NCBI GenBank assembly: GCA_963668625.2
Contig: CAXXKA010000001.1
Span: 544,001-608,000 of the forward strand
Origin: an uncultured candidate division Zixibacteria bacterium
Lineage (GTDB): Bacteria > Zixibacteria > MSB-5A5 > UBA10806 > 4484-95
Reading direction: 5' to 3'
DNA: 64,000 bases
Below the pieces are notes generated by a model that saw only the letters and a program-made list of their open reading frames with translations, ran no database searches and had not been told where the DNA came from. This document shows positions 39,952 to 51,273 of this stretch, piece after piece. The translations under genes and the position numbers were made by a program. Each line of letters begins with the position of its first letter. Positions within the stretch are counted from its first letter, which is position 1.

Positions 39952-40692
39952 ATGAATGTTACCGATAAGACGGAATTAAATTCACCTGATATCGAAGCAT
40001 ATCAGGCTATGAAACTACTCGAGACCGGCGATAGAACCTCGGCTATTCGGAGATGTATCGAGGCGATTGAACGTTTCGGCGACAATCGCAATTGTTATCT
40101 CGTGAAAGCCCGGGCGCATATCGAACAGGAGGAATATGGTTTCGCCGAGGACTCTCTCCAAAACGTACTGAGGCTCGACCCGGAGCATCCGGCAGCCTGG
40201 GCAATGATGGGCGAGGTGTATTACCGTCTGGGAAAAGAAACCAAGGTGGAATACTGCCGCAGCCGTCTGGAAAGTATTTTCCCGACTCTGGCCGAAACTT
40301 TCGTTGCCGAGGATAACGATCTGGAAGAGGACGAGGTTTATGGTGATGAATTCGATGAAGGAATTGATTCATCTGATGCTGAATCCGAGGTTGAAGCCGG
40401 AGGCAAAAATCCCGAATCCGAGGATACAACGGAACCGGAATTGCCTGAGGAATCTATTGTCCCATTGGAAAATCTGGAACAAACGGAGGAGAAACAAAAC
40501 ACGGCCGGGGATGGTTTAAAGTCCGAACTCTTCGAGACGGCGACGTTTGCGGATATATGTATAAGTCAGGGTAAATTCGAAAAAGCGTTAAAAATATATG
40601 AGGCGCTTTTGCAAAACGAACCTGACAATAAAACGTATAACGATAAGGTGAAATTTATTAAACAGAAGTGGGAAAACGATGACTCAAAATAG
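39952..40692 (+). CDS. TPR protein with acidic linker
   Basis: N-terminal TPRs; Glu/Asp-rich middle; C-terminal T.TFADI...QG..EKAL.IYE.L. Confidence 0.8.
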   Translation: MNVTDKTELNSPDIEAYQAMKLLETGDRTSAIRRCIEAIERFGDNRNCYLVKARAHIEQEEYGFAEDSLQNVLRLDPEHPAAWAMMGEVYYRLGKETKVEYCRSRLESIFPTLAETFVAEDNDLEEDEVYGDEFDEGIDSSDAESEVEAGGKNPESEDTTEPELPEESIVPLENLEQTEEKQNTAGDGLKSELFETATFADICISQGKFEKALKIYEALLQNEPDNKTYNDKVKFIKQKWENDDSK

Positions 40693-41752
40693 ACTGAAAA
40701 AGGCGTTTGATCTGTTGAAGAAGCAGAAAATCGGGGCGATGCTTATTAGCAAACTTTCTAATGTACATTATCTGAGTGGTTATTCGGGATCTAATGGGCT
40801 GTTGATTTTAGCTCCGCCCAAGGCTTATTTCTTAACGGATTTTCGTTATGCGGTACAGTCGCGCAAAGAGGTTAAGCATTGTCAGGTGATGATTGCCGAG
40901 CGCGATTTACTGGGCGAGCTGATCAAAATCGATCCACTCAAAAAGAAGATCAAGCTGGGATTCGAGTCTACCCACTTAACTTATAAACTTCATGAGAAAA
41001 TTAAAGAGATACTTCCGAAAGCGAATCTCGTGCCGATCGATAATGTTGTCGAGACGATAGCGATGGTGAAGGAAACCAGTGAGATAAACAAGCTGAAGAA
41101 AGCCGCTAAAATCGCTGATACCGCTTTCGATGAAGTCATAAAACTAATCAAGCCGGGAGTCAAAGAGCGCGATATCGCTCTGGAGCTTCAATATAGCATG
41201 ATAAAGCAAGGCGCTGAGGGGCCGTCATTCGACTTCATAGTCGCCTCGGGCCAGCGCTCTAGTATGCCACATGGCATAGCCTCGGATAGAAAATTTAAAA
41301 AAGGTGATTATATAACAATAGATTTCGGTTGTTTTTACCAGGGATATCCCTCGGATATTACCCGCACCGTCGTGTTGGGTAAGGCCTCAGCCAAGCAGAA
41401 AAAAATCTACGATATCGTGTATCGTGCCCAGACTGCCGCTGTTGATGCCGCCGGGCCGGGTATGCCTGCCCGCGAGTTGGACAAGGTCGCTCGCGATATC
41501 ATCATGAGAGAAGGATATGGCGATAATTTCGGCCACGGACTGGGTCACGGATTGGGTTTGGATGAAATACACTCCAACCCGGTGGCCAGCCCTCGTAGCC
41601 AGGATGTTTTACAGGTTGGTCATGCTCTGACTGTAGAGCCGGGGATATATATCCCGAATTGGGGCGGTGTACGCATAGAGGATGATATAGTTATTACTGC
41701 CAACGGGTGCAAGGTACTGACCAAATCGCCAAAAGAGTTAATCGAGCTTTAG
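40679..41752 (+). CDS. Xaa-Pro aminopeptidase (M24 family)
   Basis: DFG....Y.SDITRT, HGLGHGLG, TVEPGIY....GGVRIED. Confidence 0.92.
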   Translation: MTQNRLKKAFDLLKKQKIGAMLISKLSNVHYLSGYSGSNGLLILAPPKAYFLTDFRYAVQSRKEVKHCQVMIAERDLLGELIKIDPLKKKIKLGFESTHLTYKLHEKIKEILPKANLVPIDNVVETIAMVKETSEINKLKKAAKIADTAFDEVIKLIKPGVKERDIALELQYSMIKQGAEGPSFDFIVASGQRSSMPHGIASDRKFKKGDYITIDFGCFYQGYPSDITRTVVLGKASAKQKKIYDIVYRAQTAAVDAAGPGMPARELDKVARDIIMREGYGDNFGHGLGHGLGLDEIHSNPVASPRSQDVLQVGHALTVEPGIYIPNWGGVRIEDDIVITANGCKVLTKSPKELIEL

Positions 41753-41766
41753 TTTCGGAGAGAATT

Positions 41767-42243
41767 ATGAGGACTTCTAAAATACAAGATCTAATCCGTT
41801 TAGTCGAGAGATCGGATATCGATGAACTCGAGGTTTCCTCCTGGGGAAAGAAAGTCAGGATACGGAAAAAGATCTCCAGCAACGGCAATAGTAACGGCAA
41901 CAGGCCTCAAGTTGCCCGATCTGTACCCGATAATGTAATTGAGGTCGCGCCTGAACGCAGAAACATACAAAATGTTGAGGCTGCGCCCGAGGTAAAAGAA
42001 GAATACCTCGAAATTAAATCGCCCATGGTTGGCACGTTTTACGGGGCGCCGGCTCCTGATGCCAAACCGTATGTCGAAGTGGGTCAGAAAGTGTCCAGGG
42101 GACAGGTCGTATGTATCATCGAGGCTATGAAAATTATGAACGAAATCGAGTCCGAGTACGATGGGGTGATCGTGGAGATTCCCGCGCAAAATGCTCAACC
42201 GGTTCAGTTTGGACAGCCTCTGATATTGATCAAGCCTGCCTGA
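41767..42243 (+). CDS. accB: Biotin carboxyl carrier protein
   Basis: SPMVGTFY..P.P, IIEAMKIMNEI; start moved to the ATG at 41767 (SD GGAG). Confidence 0.95.
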   Translation: MRTSKIQDLIRLVERSDIDELEVSSWGKKVRIRKKISSNGNSNGNRPQVARSVPDNVIEVAPERRNIQNVEAAPEVKEEYLEIKSPMVGTFYGAPAPDAKPYVEVGQKVSRGQVVCIIEAMKIMNEIESEYDGVIVEIPAQNAQPVQFGQPLILIKPA

Positions 42244-42297
42244 TATCGCAGCCACTGAAAAAAACATATATACATAGAATCATTGAAGGAGGGGTCT

Positions 42298-43428
42298 ATG
42301 ACTTTTAAGGAGATGATTCAGCAGATGTTAACGCGTAACGCGTCGGATTTGCATCTCCGTGTAGGCCTGCGGCCAACTATGAGAGTTGACGGCAAATTGT
42401 ATTCGGCCGATGATCAGGTTTTAATGCCTGCTGATATAGAGAAAATACTCTCTCAAACACTCACCGAGACTCAGTTGCAGCGTTTTCATCAGAGGCGCGA
42501 AATGGATCTTGCATTATCTATCTCCAAAATGGGACGTTTCCGTATTAACCTGTATAAACAACGTGGTACGATTGGTATCGCCTTGAGGCATGTTAATACC
42601 ACGATCCCCTCTTTCCAGGAGTTGAATCTGCCCGAGGCTATTAAGGATATAGCCGAGTCGCGCAAGGGGCTTATCATCGTGACTGGCACGACCGGTTCAG
42701 GCAAGTCAACCACTTTGGCCTCGATGATCGAGCACATCAATTCGAGCCGGGGCGAGAATATCCTGACTATCGAGGACCCGATAGAGTATATATATCGCGA
42801 TAAGAAATCGATTATCTCTCAGCGAGAGGTTGGCGGTGATACCGAAAGTTTCGCTTCCGCGCTACGACATGCCTTTCGTCAGGATCCTGATATCATCTTA
42901 ATCGGTGAGATTCGTGATGCTGATACGATGGGCATCGCGTTAACCGCCGCCGATACCGGCCACCTGGTGCTGACAACGCTTCACACCATGAACGCGATCG
43001 AGACAGTCTCGCGTATCATCTCGTTTTTCCCGCCGCATCAACATCAGCAGATAAGATTGCTTTTAGCGGGCACACTTAAATCGATCATCTGCCAGAGGCT
43101 GCTGCCGCGCACCGATGGCCCCGGGCGTGTGCCCGCGGTTGAGGTTCTCATCAACACCGCCTCGGTGCGTGAGTCGATTACCGACCAGATGAAGACCGCT
43201 AATATTCTCGAGCTGATAGAGCAGGGCACGGTTCAATACGGTATGCAGAGTTTCGATCAGGCGATAATGAAATTGTTCCGCTCGGGTTTGATCAGTTACG
43301 AGGAGGCTCTGGCTCAGTCAACCAACCCGGATGATTTCGATCTCAGGTGCAAGGGAATTACCTCGGCCTCCGACAGGGGCTGGAACGATCTCTCCGAGGA
43401 AAAAGAGGACAGCGATTTTAGTTTTTAG
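42298..43428 (+). CDS. pilT: PilT/PilU-family type IV pilus ATPase
   Basis: ASDLHL, GTTGSGKSTT, TIEDPIE, RQDPDIILIGEIRD, TGHLV.TTLHT; PilT vs PilU not resolved. Confidence 0.85.
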   Translation: MTFKEMIQQMLTRNASDLHLRVGLRPTMRVDGKLYSADDQVLMPADIEKILSQTLTETQLQRFHQRREMDLALSISKMGRFRINLYKQRGTIGIALRHVNTTIPSFQELNLPEAIKDIAESRKGLIIVTGTTGSGKSTTLASMIEHINSSRGENILTIEDPIEYIYRDKKSIISQREVGGDTESFASALRHAFRQDPDIILIGEIRDADTMGIALTAADTGHLVLTTLHTMNAIETVSRIISFFPPHQHQQIRLLLAGTLKSIICQRLLPRTDGPGRVPAVEVLINTASVRESITDQMKTANILELIEQGTVQYGMQSFDQAIMKLFRSGLISYEEALAQSTNPDDFDLRCKGITSASDRGWNDLSEEKEDSDFSF

Positions 43429-43485
43429 ATAAGATTAATACCACAACACGATTGACCATACTAATAAGGTATGGGGGAATATTCT

Positions 43486-43515
43486 AAAAACCGGCTTAAA
43501 GGGGGCCGGTTTTTT
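43486..43515 (+). terminator. Intrinsic terminator
   Basis: aaaaaccggct...ggccgg-T6. Confidence 0.75.
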
Positions 43516-43645
43516 GTTGGGGGAAGGGTATAGACGGCGCACGTTTTCGCTTGCCCCCTAATAATAAATGCATTAAGAGGTTGGGCATTCCTGTCCAACC
43601 TCTTAAGTCCTCGTGCCGCAACTGATATGACTGTCAGCAACACCC

Positions 43646-43742
43646 CTCGTTACGAGCGCTGCTTCGTAACGCCGCTTGATTTAAGCAGTATGGATTATAT
43701 TGCCAACTCAAACCTGGTACCGAAGCGGCGCTTAGGTACCAG
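43646..43742. repeat. REPIN-like element, copy B
   Basis: ctcgttacgagcgctgcttcgtaacg ... ggtaccgaagcggcgcttaggtaccag (inverted pair). Confidence 0.75.
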
Positions 43743-43803
43743 GGTATAAATATTATAAACTCCTTGTAAGATTTTGATAATATAGTAAATTATAATAATG
43801 AGT

Positions 43804-44058
43804 CACTAGTGTCCGGTGTTTTTCGTTAAATTTTAAATTTCTCCTTGGAATTGTTAATGAAAAATATTTTCAGATATAATTATTTTATTCAGCGTATCAT
43901 TCATCCTGACATATCCTGCCGATGTTAGGCTTGGTTTTCTGGTTTCCAAGCGCTGCTTGGAAACCTTCTTGAATCATGTAGAATGCGCATTCTGCCGGCA
44001 AACAAGCCTCGTTGCGAAGCAGCGCTTCGCAACGAGATGAAAAGACCGGACACTAGTG
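43804..44058. mobile_element. 255-bp MITE with 14-bp perfect TIRs and 9-bp target-site duplication
   Basis: TIR CACTAGTGTCCGGT (43804-17) / ACCGGACACTAGTG (44045-58); DR ATAATGAGT at 43795-803 and 44059-67. Confidence 0.88.
43939..44036. repeat. REPIN-like element, copy C (inside the MITE)
   Basis: ctggtttccaagcgctgcttggaaacc ... cgttgcgaagcagcgcttcgcaacgag. Confidence 0.8.
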
Positions 44059-44582
44059 ATAATGAGTCTGTGTTAATTTTAAGGCTATATTGAAAACATT
44101 AATAATCTAAAACTCCGGAGGAGTTATGTCTTATCTTAGATCAGTTTTATCGTTAGCATTAGTTATAATGGTTACATCTTTTGTGTCCGCTACAATTATC
44201 AATATCCCTGATGATTATACTAGTATCCAGGCGGGTATTAACAGCAGCTCTGATGGCGATACTGTACTGGTACAGCCAGGTACTTATGTTGAAAATATTA
44301 ATTTCAACGGGCATAATATTGTGCTGAGCTCGTTGTTTTTGACCACCGGAGATACGAGCTATATTGAGCAGACTGTTATTGATGGAGATTCGGCAGGTTC
44401 GGTGGTCACGATTGAGAGTGGGGAGGATAGTACTACAGTTATCAATGGTTTTACCATAACTAAAGGAAAAGCTCAACTTGGAGGCGGGATATATTGTAAT
44501 AATTCTAGCGCTATTATAACTAATAATTATATCAAATTTAACATTGTCTTAGCTTCCCCCCATTGTTTGGACAGTAATTTAG

Positions 44583-45461
44583 CTAAAATAAGGTGGAATT
44601 TCTAAGTATTAGTCCATTATTTTTCTGTTTAATCGATTCCTTTTTTGAATTTAAATTATAAACCTCATAAGGCGTCTTGCCGTTTAAGGCCTGATGGAAA
44701 CGTTCGGTGTTGTAGAATTCGAAATACCTCTTCAAACCGAGGTAAGCCTCCGCCGGCGTCTGGTAATCGTGAAGATAAACCTCCTCGTACTTGACCGATC
44801 TCCACAGACGCTCGACAAAAATATTGTCAAGATACCGACCGCGACCGTCCATGCTGATAGCGATCCGCTTGTCTTGCAGTACACCGGTGAAATCCTTGTC
44901 GGTAAACTGTGTTCCCTGATCGCTGTTGAATATCTCCGGCTGTTTGCCATCCAACGATTCCTCCAATGCCTCCACGCAGAAAGAGCTCTCAAGAGTATTG
45001 GACAAACGCCAGGCAAGAACGTAACGCGAGAACCAATCAATCACTGCCGCCAGATAGAGAAAGCCCCGGCTAAGACGAATATACGTGATATCGGCGCTCC
45101 AGACCTGGTCAACATGATCAATCAGGACATCGCGTAAAAGATACGGATATATCTTGTTAGACGGACAAGGCTTGCTCGTATTTGGTTTAGGGTAAACAGC
45201 TTGAAGACCCATAATCCTCATCAGACGTTCAACCCGCTTGTGATTTATATCATATCCCTGAGACTTTAGACAGAGTGTCATCTTAGGACTGCCGTAAAAC
45301 GGGGTCCTGGTATATTGATCGTCAAGCAGACGCATAAGTGTCAGGTTCAAATCGCTTTCCCCAGTAGGCCGGTAGTAGTAGCTTGAACGGGGAAGCCCCA
45401 AAAGCTGGCACTGACGGCTAATTGAAATGTCCGGGTTTGATCGTTCCACCAGATTCCTCAA
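44583..45461 (-). CDS. IS3 transposase OrfB (DDE integrase core)
   Basis: WSADITYI, NSDQGTQF, DNIFVERLWRSVKYE. Confidence 0.95.
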   Translation of the reverse strand: MRNLVERSNPDISISRQCQLLGLPRSSYYYRPTGESDLNLTLMRLLDDQYTRTPFYGSPKMTLCLKSQGYDINHKRVERLMRIMGLQAVYPKPNTSKPCPSNKIYPYLLRDVLIDHVDQVWSADITYIRLSRGFLYLAAVIDWFSRYVLAWRLSNTLESSFCVEALEESLDGKQPEIFNSDQGTQFTDKDFTGVLQDKRIAISMDGRGRYLDNIFVERLWRSVKYEEVYLHDYQTPAEAYLGLKRYFEFYNTERFHQALNGKTPYEVYNLNSKKESIKQKNNGLILRNSTLF

Positions 45462-45465
45462 ATCC

Positions 45466-45753
45466 TCAGGCGAGACGCCCGCTCCTTTTTTTTAGAAATG
45501 CCAACTCCACCTGAAGCTTACCAATCTCCTGATAGAGAGCATCCATCCTGGCTTGCTCATCCTCCCGCAACTTGGCCTTGCCGTTAGAAAAGGCTTCCGG
45601 GAGAGACTGTAAAGCCTGCTTCTTCCACATACCAACCTGATTAGGGTGTACTTCGTATTCCGAGGCTATCTGATTAACGGTCTTCTGACCGCGAATGGCC
45701 TCTATGGCTACTTTTGCTTTAAGCTCCCCGCTGTATCGACTTCGCTTCATCAA
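45466..45753 (-). CDS. IS3 transposase OrfA (HTH); A8 run suggests -1 frameshift fusion with OrfB
   Basis: KAKVAIEA...QIA..YEVHP.Q...WK; slippery A-run at 45486-45493. Confidence 0.92.
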   Translation of the reverse strand: MMKRSRYSGELKAKVAIEAIRGQKTVNQIASEYEVHPNQVGMWKKQALQSLPEAFSNGKAKLREDEQARMDALYQEIGKLQVELAFLKKRSGRLA

Positions 45754-47878
45754 TTACCCTTTCTGGACATTTCTACTAATTTAATACCACCTTAAACAAT
45801 TGTCCAGTTTTTGGGGGAAACCTCAGTCAATGGACGATGGCAAGGCGAGTTTTATTTTTTTGGTAAAGGGGGAGGTATTTATAGTTTAAATTCAAATACA
45901 AAAATAAGAAGTAATATTATTGCAGAAAACTATATTCCAGGATATCCAAATAATGATCCTGAATCGGGGATTGGAATTTATTTGAGAGAATCCAATTCAG
46001 AGATTACAAATAATCTTATTGCAGACAATAAAGCATATAGCTTTGGAGCATTATTTATAGATAATTCAAATGTAAATATGCGTAACTGTACTATAGTTAA
46101 CCATAAATCTTGCGAGGGGATTTATATATGTCGCAGTTCAAGTGCTTACATAAATAACTCAATTATTTTTAATAATAATAGCAGTATATATTTAGAAAAT
46201 AATAGCTCAATTGAAATTACATTTTCCGATATCCAGGGAGGTTGGGAAGGCTTAGGAAATATTGATTTAGATCCAATGATATTGAATCCAGATAATGCTT
46301 CTTACAACTTATGCTTACTTTCACCTTGTATTGATACAGGAGACCCTCAACTAATCGATCCAGATGTGAGTAGATCCGATATAGGGTACTTTTCTTATGA
46401 GCATACTGATTGTAATCTCGTAAATAATTGGTATGTATCTGTAGATGGTATTGATTCTCCTGGAAATGGAACTGAACAAAATCCTTTCAGATCAATTCAA
46501 TATGCCATTAACAAATCAGCATATTATGATACTATAATTGTTGACAATGGAACATATATAGAAAACTTAAGTGTGAATTCTAAGAATGTGTTTATAGCAT
46601 CAAGATACCGCGAATCAGGAGACGAGTTAGATATATTAAATACAATTATCGATGGCGATTCATCTGAATCAGTTGTCACATTCAAATATTGCAATAATGG
46701 CGCTAGTTTGAATGGATTTACAATTACAAATGGTGTTTCTTGTTATGGTGGTGGTATCGAATGTTATGAATCAAGTCCAACAATCGAGCACAATATTGTT
46801 TTTGGAAACTATGCACGGGAAGGAGGCGGAATAAAAGCACTTAGAAATGCAATATTAGAAGACAATATAATTAGAAATAATACTGCAAGTTATCGCGGGG
46901 GGGGCATATTTAGTCTAGGGACAATTTCTATTACTGGTAATTATATAAGTTCTAATGTATCCTTGACCTACAAGGGAGGGGGAATTTACGCAGAAGGACT
47001 AACGGATATTTCATTTAATATTGTGGAAGGAAATGAGGCCGATCAGGGGGGAGGGATCTTCTATTGCAGTTCAAATTCATCCATTAATAACAATCTTATT
47101 AATAATAATATAGCGAATAGTGGCGGAGGAGTATATATTCGATCGGGCAGGCCTCTCCTTACTAATAATACAGTAGTAAATAACTTAAGTAACGGCGGCA
47201 GCGGTATATACTTGGACAATACTAACCCAACGATTATTAATACAATAATCTATTATAATTCCCTATACGTTTATTACTCAGATCCAAACTGCAATTATTG
47301 CGCTATTCAGGGGGGCTGGACCGGCGAGGGCAACATTGATGATGATCCCCTCTTCTGCGATCCAGAAAACGGCGATTTCCACCTCATGGCAACTTACTGC
47401 GGTGATCCTTACGACTCACCCTGTATCGATATGGGTAAGCCATCAATCTTGGATTCATTGTTAGATTGTAGCTGGGGGTTAGGAGGAGAACGCTCTGATA
47501 TGGGGGCTTATAGCGGCGAAGGTGGAACGGTTGATATCGATGATGATACTGGTTTACCACTCCCGCAGCAAACATCCCTCTCCCAGAACTACCCCAACCC
47601 ATTCAACGCTTCAACTATCATCAAATACGAGTTGCCGAAGCAATCACAGGTGACGGTCGATGTTTACGATATTCTCGGCAGGCGGGTGGCCTCGCTTGTT
47701 GATGATGACCAGGTAGCGGGATATCATCAGGTGATATGGAGTGCTGAGGATGTCGCCTCGGGCGTGTATTTCTACAAGATACAGGCCGGGGAGTATATCG
47801 AGACTAAGAAGATGATGCTGGTGAAATAGGTGGTGTTTGGCAGCAGACAAGGGGAGCTGTTCAAAAAGTAAGGTTCAT

Positions 47879-47957
47879 GTGGCTGGCGGATGTCCTCGTC
47901 CGCCAGCTTTCTTTTGCAGGCATACCAAGTTGGGGCACGAGGACGTACCCCAACCAC
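47879..47957. repeat. Inverted pair of GTGG-headed REP palindromes
   Basis: gtggctggcggatgtcctcgtccgccagc and inverted gttggggcacgaggacgtaccccaaccac. Confidence 0.75.
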
Positions 47958-48088
47958 AGGGCTTTTAGGACATCTTCGGGTCTCCGCCGCCACCAAAATT
48001 AAGCATGGGATGAGCTTACAAAGAACATGCTAATTACCTGCAATATCCAAAAAGATCATGATATCTATTATCGCTTAAATACTATTCA

Positions 48089-48118
48089 TTGACATAGCTG
48101 CATCTAATCACTTATTAT
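48089..48118 (+). promoter_or_regulatory. Sigma-70-type promoter for the accC-gcv operon
   Basis: TTGACA-N18-TATTAT. Confidence 0.5.
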
Positions 48119-48179
48119 TGATTGTTGTGATCGCGGGAACCTGTAGTTCCCGTATTAATTTAAACACTTGGAGATGTCC

Positions 48180-49562
48180 GTGTTTAAGAAGATTCTAATA
48201 GCAAACAGGGGCGAGATCGCTTTGCGAATCATTCGCGCCTGCAAGGAACTGGGTATAACCAGTGTAGCGGTTTATAGCGAGGCCGATGCCAACTCGCTGC
48301 ACGTGCGTTTTGCCGATGAGGATGTCTGTATCGGGCCGCCCCCGCCGGGGGAAAGCTATCTCGATGCCAAGCGGGTAATTGCCGCGGCCGAGGTTACCAA
48401 CGCCGATGCCATCCATCCGGGGTATGGCTTTCTAGCCGAAAACGCCGATTTCGCCGAGGTAGTACAATCTTGCGATATGACCTTCATCGGGCCATCCCCG
48501 AAAGTGATACATTCGCTGGGAGATAAATCATTTGCCAAACAAACTATGCGTAATGCCGATGTACCGGTAATTCCCGGTTCGGATGGCATCGTATCCTCCT
48601 ACGAGGAAGCGATCGAGGTCGCTAAAACGATCGGCTACCCGCTGATAATTAAAGCGGCTGCCGGTGGAGGCGGGCGAGGCATGCGTGAGGTTAATGATCC
48701 GGTGAACCTGAAAAAGGCTTTCGATGCCGCCCGCACGGAGGCCAGTGTAGCTTTCGGCAATCCCGATGTTTATATCGAAAAATTCATCGTTAACCCCCGT
48801 CATGTCGAGGTGCAACTGGTTGCCGATAACTTTGGCAACGTAGTCCATCTGGGCGAACGTGATTGTACCATCCAGAGAAGACATCAAAAATTGATAGAGG
48901 AAACCCCCTCGAGCGTAGTGGATGGTGATCTTCGCAAGAGAATGGGCGAAGCGGCCGTACGAGGGGCGAAAGCCGCCGGTTATACCAGCGCCGGGACGGT
49001 GGAATTTTTAGTCGATGTCGACAGAAATTTCTATTTCATGGAGGTTAATACTCGTATACAGGTCGAGCATACGGTGACCGAGGAGGTCACTAATATCGAC
49101 CTGATAAAAGAACAAATCATGGTCGCGGCCGGTGAACCCCTCTCGTTCAAACAAGAGGATGTCAGGTTTTTCGGACATGCCATCGAATGCCGTATCAATT
49201 CTGAAAACACGGCCAAGAATTTCATGCCGACCGCCGGCAAGATAACTACGTTCCACACGCCGGGAGGGCTTGGTGTGCGAGTGGACACCCACGCATACGC
49301 GGGTTACGACATGCCTCCCAATTACGATTCACTGATAGCAAAACTGATTGTCTGGGGCAAGGATCGTTCCGAGGCGCTTCTAAGGATGAGGCGCGCTCTG
49401 GATGAATTTATCGTGGAGGGCGTACCTACTCCGATCGAATTCTATAAGAGCATATTCGAGGATCCACTATTTATTTTCGGCAATTATGACACGTCTTATA
49501 TTGATAGATTCATGGATGGGCTGCTCGCAGAAAGAGCGCCCAAACACGAGGAGGTAAAGTGA
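48180..49562 (+). CDS. accC: Biotin carboxylase
   Basis: [40 protein letters not shown]; GTG start after GGAG. Confidence 0.96.
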   Translation: MFKKILIANRGEIALRIIRACKELGITSVAVYSEADANSLHVRFADEDVCIGPPPPGESYLDAKRVIAAAEVTNADAIHPGYGFLAENADFAEVVQSCDMTFIGPSPKVIHSLGDKSFAKQTMRNADVPVIPGSDGIVSSYEEAIEVAKTIGYPLIIKAAAGGGGRGMREVNDPVNLKKAFDAARTEASVAFGNPDVYIEKFIVNPRHVEVQLVADNFGNVVHLGERDCTIQRRHQKLIEETPSSVVDGDLRKRMGEAAVRGAKAAGYTSAGTVEFLVDVDRNFYFMEVNTRIQVEHTVTEEVTNIDLIKEQIMVAAGEPLSFKQEDVRFFGHAIECRINSENTAKNFMPTAGKITTFHTPGGLGVRVDTHAYAGYDMPPNYDSLIAKLIVWGKDRSEALLRMRRALDEFIVEGVPTPIEFYKSIFEDPLFIFGNYDTSYIDRFMDGLLAERAPKHEEVK

Positions 49563-49939
49563 TTCCCGACGATTTAAAATATTCGAAAGAGCATGAATGG
49601 GTAAAACTGGATGGTGATATTGTCACGATCGGAATTACCGACTACGCGCAGGGTGAGTTAGGTGATATCGTATTCATCGAGATGCCGGGTGCGGGAGATA
49701 AAATAGAATTCATGCAGCCGTTCGGAACTATCGAGGCGGTAAAAGCCGTATCCGATATGTTCGCTCCGGTTAGCGGCGAGGTTACCGAGATAAACTCGGC
49801 GCTCGAGGCGGATGCCGGTATCGTTAACTCCGATCCTTACGGCGATGGCTGGATTATCAAAGCTAAAATAGATGATAAATCACAGCTTGACCAGCTTCTT
49901 GATGCGAATGCGTATAAGGAGTTGACCGGGCAAAACTGA
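49559..49939 (+). CDS. gcvH: Glycine cleavage system H protein
   Basis: YSKEHEW, GITDYAQ..LGD, EAVKA lipoyl-Lys, DPYGDGW. Confidence 0.96.
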   Translation: MIPDDLKYSKEHEWVKLDGDIVTIGITDYAQGELGDIVFIEMPGAGDKIEFMQPFGTIEAVKAVSDMFAPVSGEVTEINSALEADAGIVNSDPYGDGWIIKAKIDDKSQLDQLLDANAYKELTGQN

Positions 49940-51273
49940 TGAGTTACATACCAAATACTGAAGCTGATCTTCAGCAGATGCTGGAAAGTATTGGCGTTGG
50001 CGATTTCGAGGATTTACTTAAAGATATACCAGCATCATTAAGATATCGCCACGACCTGAATATCCCGAAGGCGCTTCCTGAATTCGAGTTGATAAAAACT
50101 ATCACCGCTTTATCCGAGCGGAACGCGAAGTTCGAGGCCTGTTTCGCGGGCGCTGGAGCTTACGACCACTATATACCAATGGTGATAGGCAACATTATCT
50201 CGCGTTCGGAGTTCTTAACCGCTTACACTCCTTACCAGGCCGAGGTGTCCCAGGGCACTCTTCAGGCTATATACGAATTCCAATCGATGATAAGCAGCCT
50301 CACGGGACTTCCGGTTACCAACGCCTCTATGTATGATGGCGCCAGTGCGCTGGCGGAAGCGGCTCTCCTGGCCGTTCGCCATACCCGCAGAAACGAAGTC
50401 CTGGTTGCAGGGACGGTTAATCAGAACTATATCGATACGATCAAAACATATCTCTCGGGTATGGATGTCGTCATTAATATCGTGCCGTTTGTAGATGGCC
50501 TGGTTGATTACAACCATTTACGCGAGAAACTAAACGATAACACTGCCTGCTTTATTATCCAGAGTCCGAATTTTCTGGGTTCGATAGAGAAGGTGGAGGA
50601 TGTCGTTGTCGAGGTGAAAAACAACGGCTCTTTAATGATAATGTCTTACGACCCTATCTCACTGGGCATATTGAAAACACCTGCCGAATACGGCGTTGAT
50701 ATCGCCTGTAGCGACGGCCAGCCGCTTGGTTTGCCATTGGCTTATGGCGGTCCTTATGTCGGGATGTTTTCTGCAACCCAGGAACTTATCCGTAAGATGC
50801 CGGGACGAATCGTGGCTAAAACCACCGATGCGAAAGGCGATACGGGTTATACTTTAACCCTGCAGACTCGCGAGCAGCATATTCGCCGCGAGAAAGCCAC
50901 CTCGAATATCTGTACCAATCAGCAATTGTGCGCGTTGGTGGTATCGATATATCTTTCGGTGATGGGAAAAGCCGGAATAAAACGCGCCGCCGAGCTTTGC
51001 CTCGCTAAAGCGCATTATGCTGCCAGGAAGATTTGCAATCTCCCCGGTTACAAGCTGAGATTCAATACGCCGTTTTTTAAGGAGTTCGTGATTCAAGCGC
51101 CGGTTACTCCGAAAAAAATCATTACCGCGCTGGCTCGTCATGATATATTAGCGGGTGTTGATTTAAGTGAATTCAAGATCGGCCTTAAAGGTTGTTTGAT
51201 GGTTGCCGTAACCGAGAAAATCAGTTACGAGCAAATTGATGAACTGACATTTAGATTATCAAAGGTGAAATAA
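49939..51273 (+). CDS. gcvPA: Glycine dehydrogenase subunit 1
   Basis: YTPYQAEVSQG, NASMYDG, LQTREQHIRREKATSNICT. Confidence 0.96.
   Translation: MSYIPNTEADLQQMLESIGVGDFEDLLKDIPASLRYRHDLNIPKALPEFELIKTITALSERNAKFEACFAGAGAYDHYIPMVIGNIISRSEFLTAYTPYQAEVSQGTLQAIYEFQSMISSLTGLPVTNASMYDGASALAEAALLAVRHTRRNEVLVAGTVNQNYIDTIKTYLSGMDVVINIVPFVDGLVDYNHLREKLNDNTACFIIQSPNFLGSIEKVEDVVVEVKNNGSLMIMSYDPISLGILKTPAEYGVDIACSDGQPLGLPLAYGGPYVGMFSATQELIRKMPGRIVAKTTDAKGDTGYTLTLQTREQHIRREKATSNICTNQQLCALVVSIYLSVMGKAGIKRAAELCLAKAHYAARKICNLPGYKLRFNTPFFKEFVIQAPVTPKKIITALARHDILAGVDLSEFKIGLKGCLMVAVTEKISYEQIDELTFRLSKVK

Larger units (their letters stand above)
44549..45825 (-). mobile_element. IS3-family insertion sequence, 1277 bp, 3-bp TSD GTC
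   Basis: Imperfect TIRs TGAGGTTTCCCCCA..TGGAC / TTAGCTTCCCCCCA..TGGAC; GTC at 44546-48 and 45826-28. Confidence 0.92.
44126..47829 (+). pseudogene. Secreted beta-helix protein with C-terminal sorting domain, interrupted by IS3 (807 aa when rejoined)
   Basis: Removing the IS and one GTC joins KFNIV to NGRWQG in frame; signal peptide in the 5' part, NYPNPFN tail in the 3' part. Confidence 0.9.

Noticed and set aside
45811-47829. 672-aa ORF as an independent gene
   Set aside because: Its TTG start lies within the IS3 terminal repeat; it is the 3' part of the gene beginning at 44126
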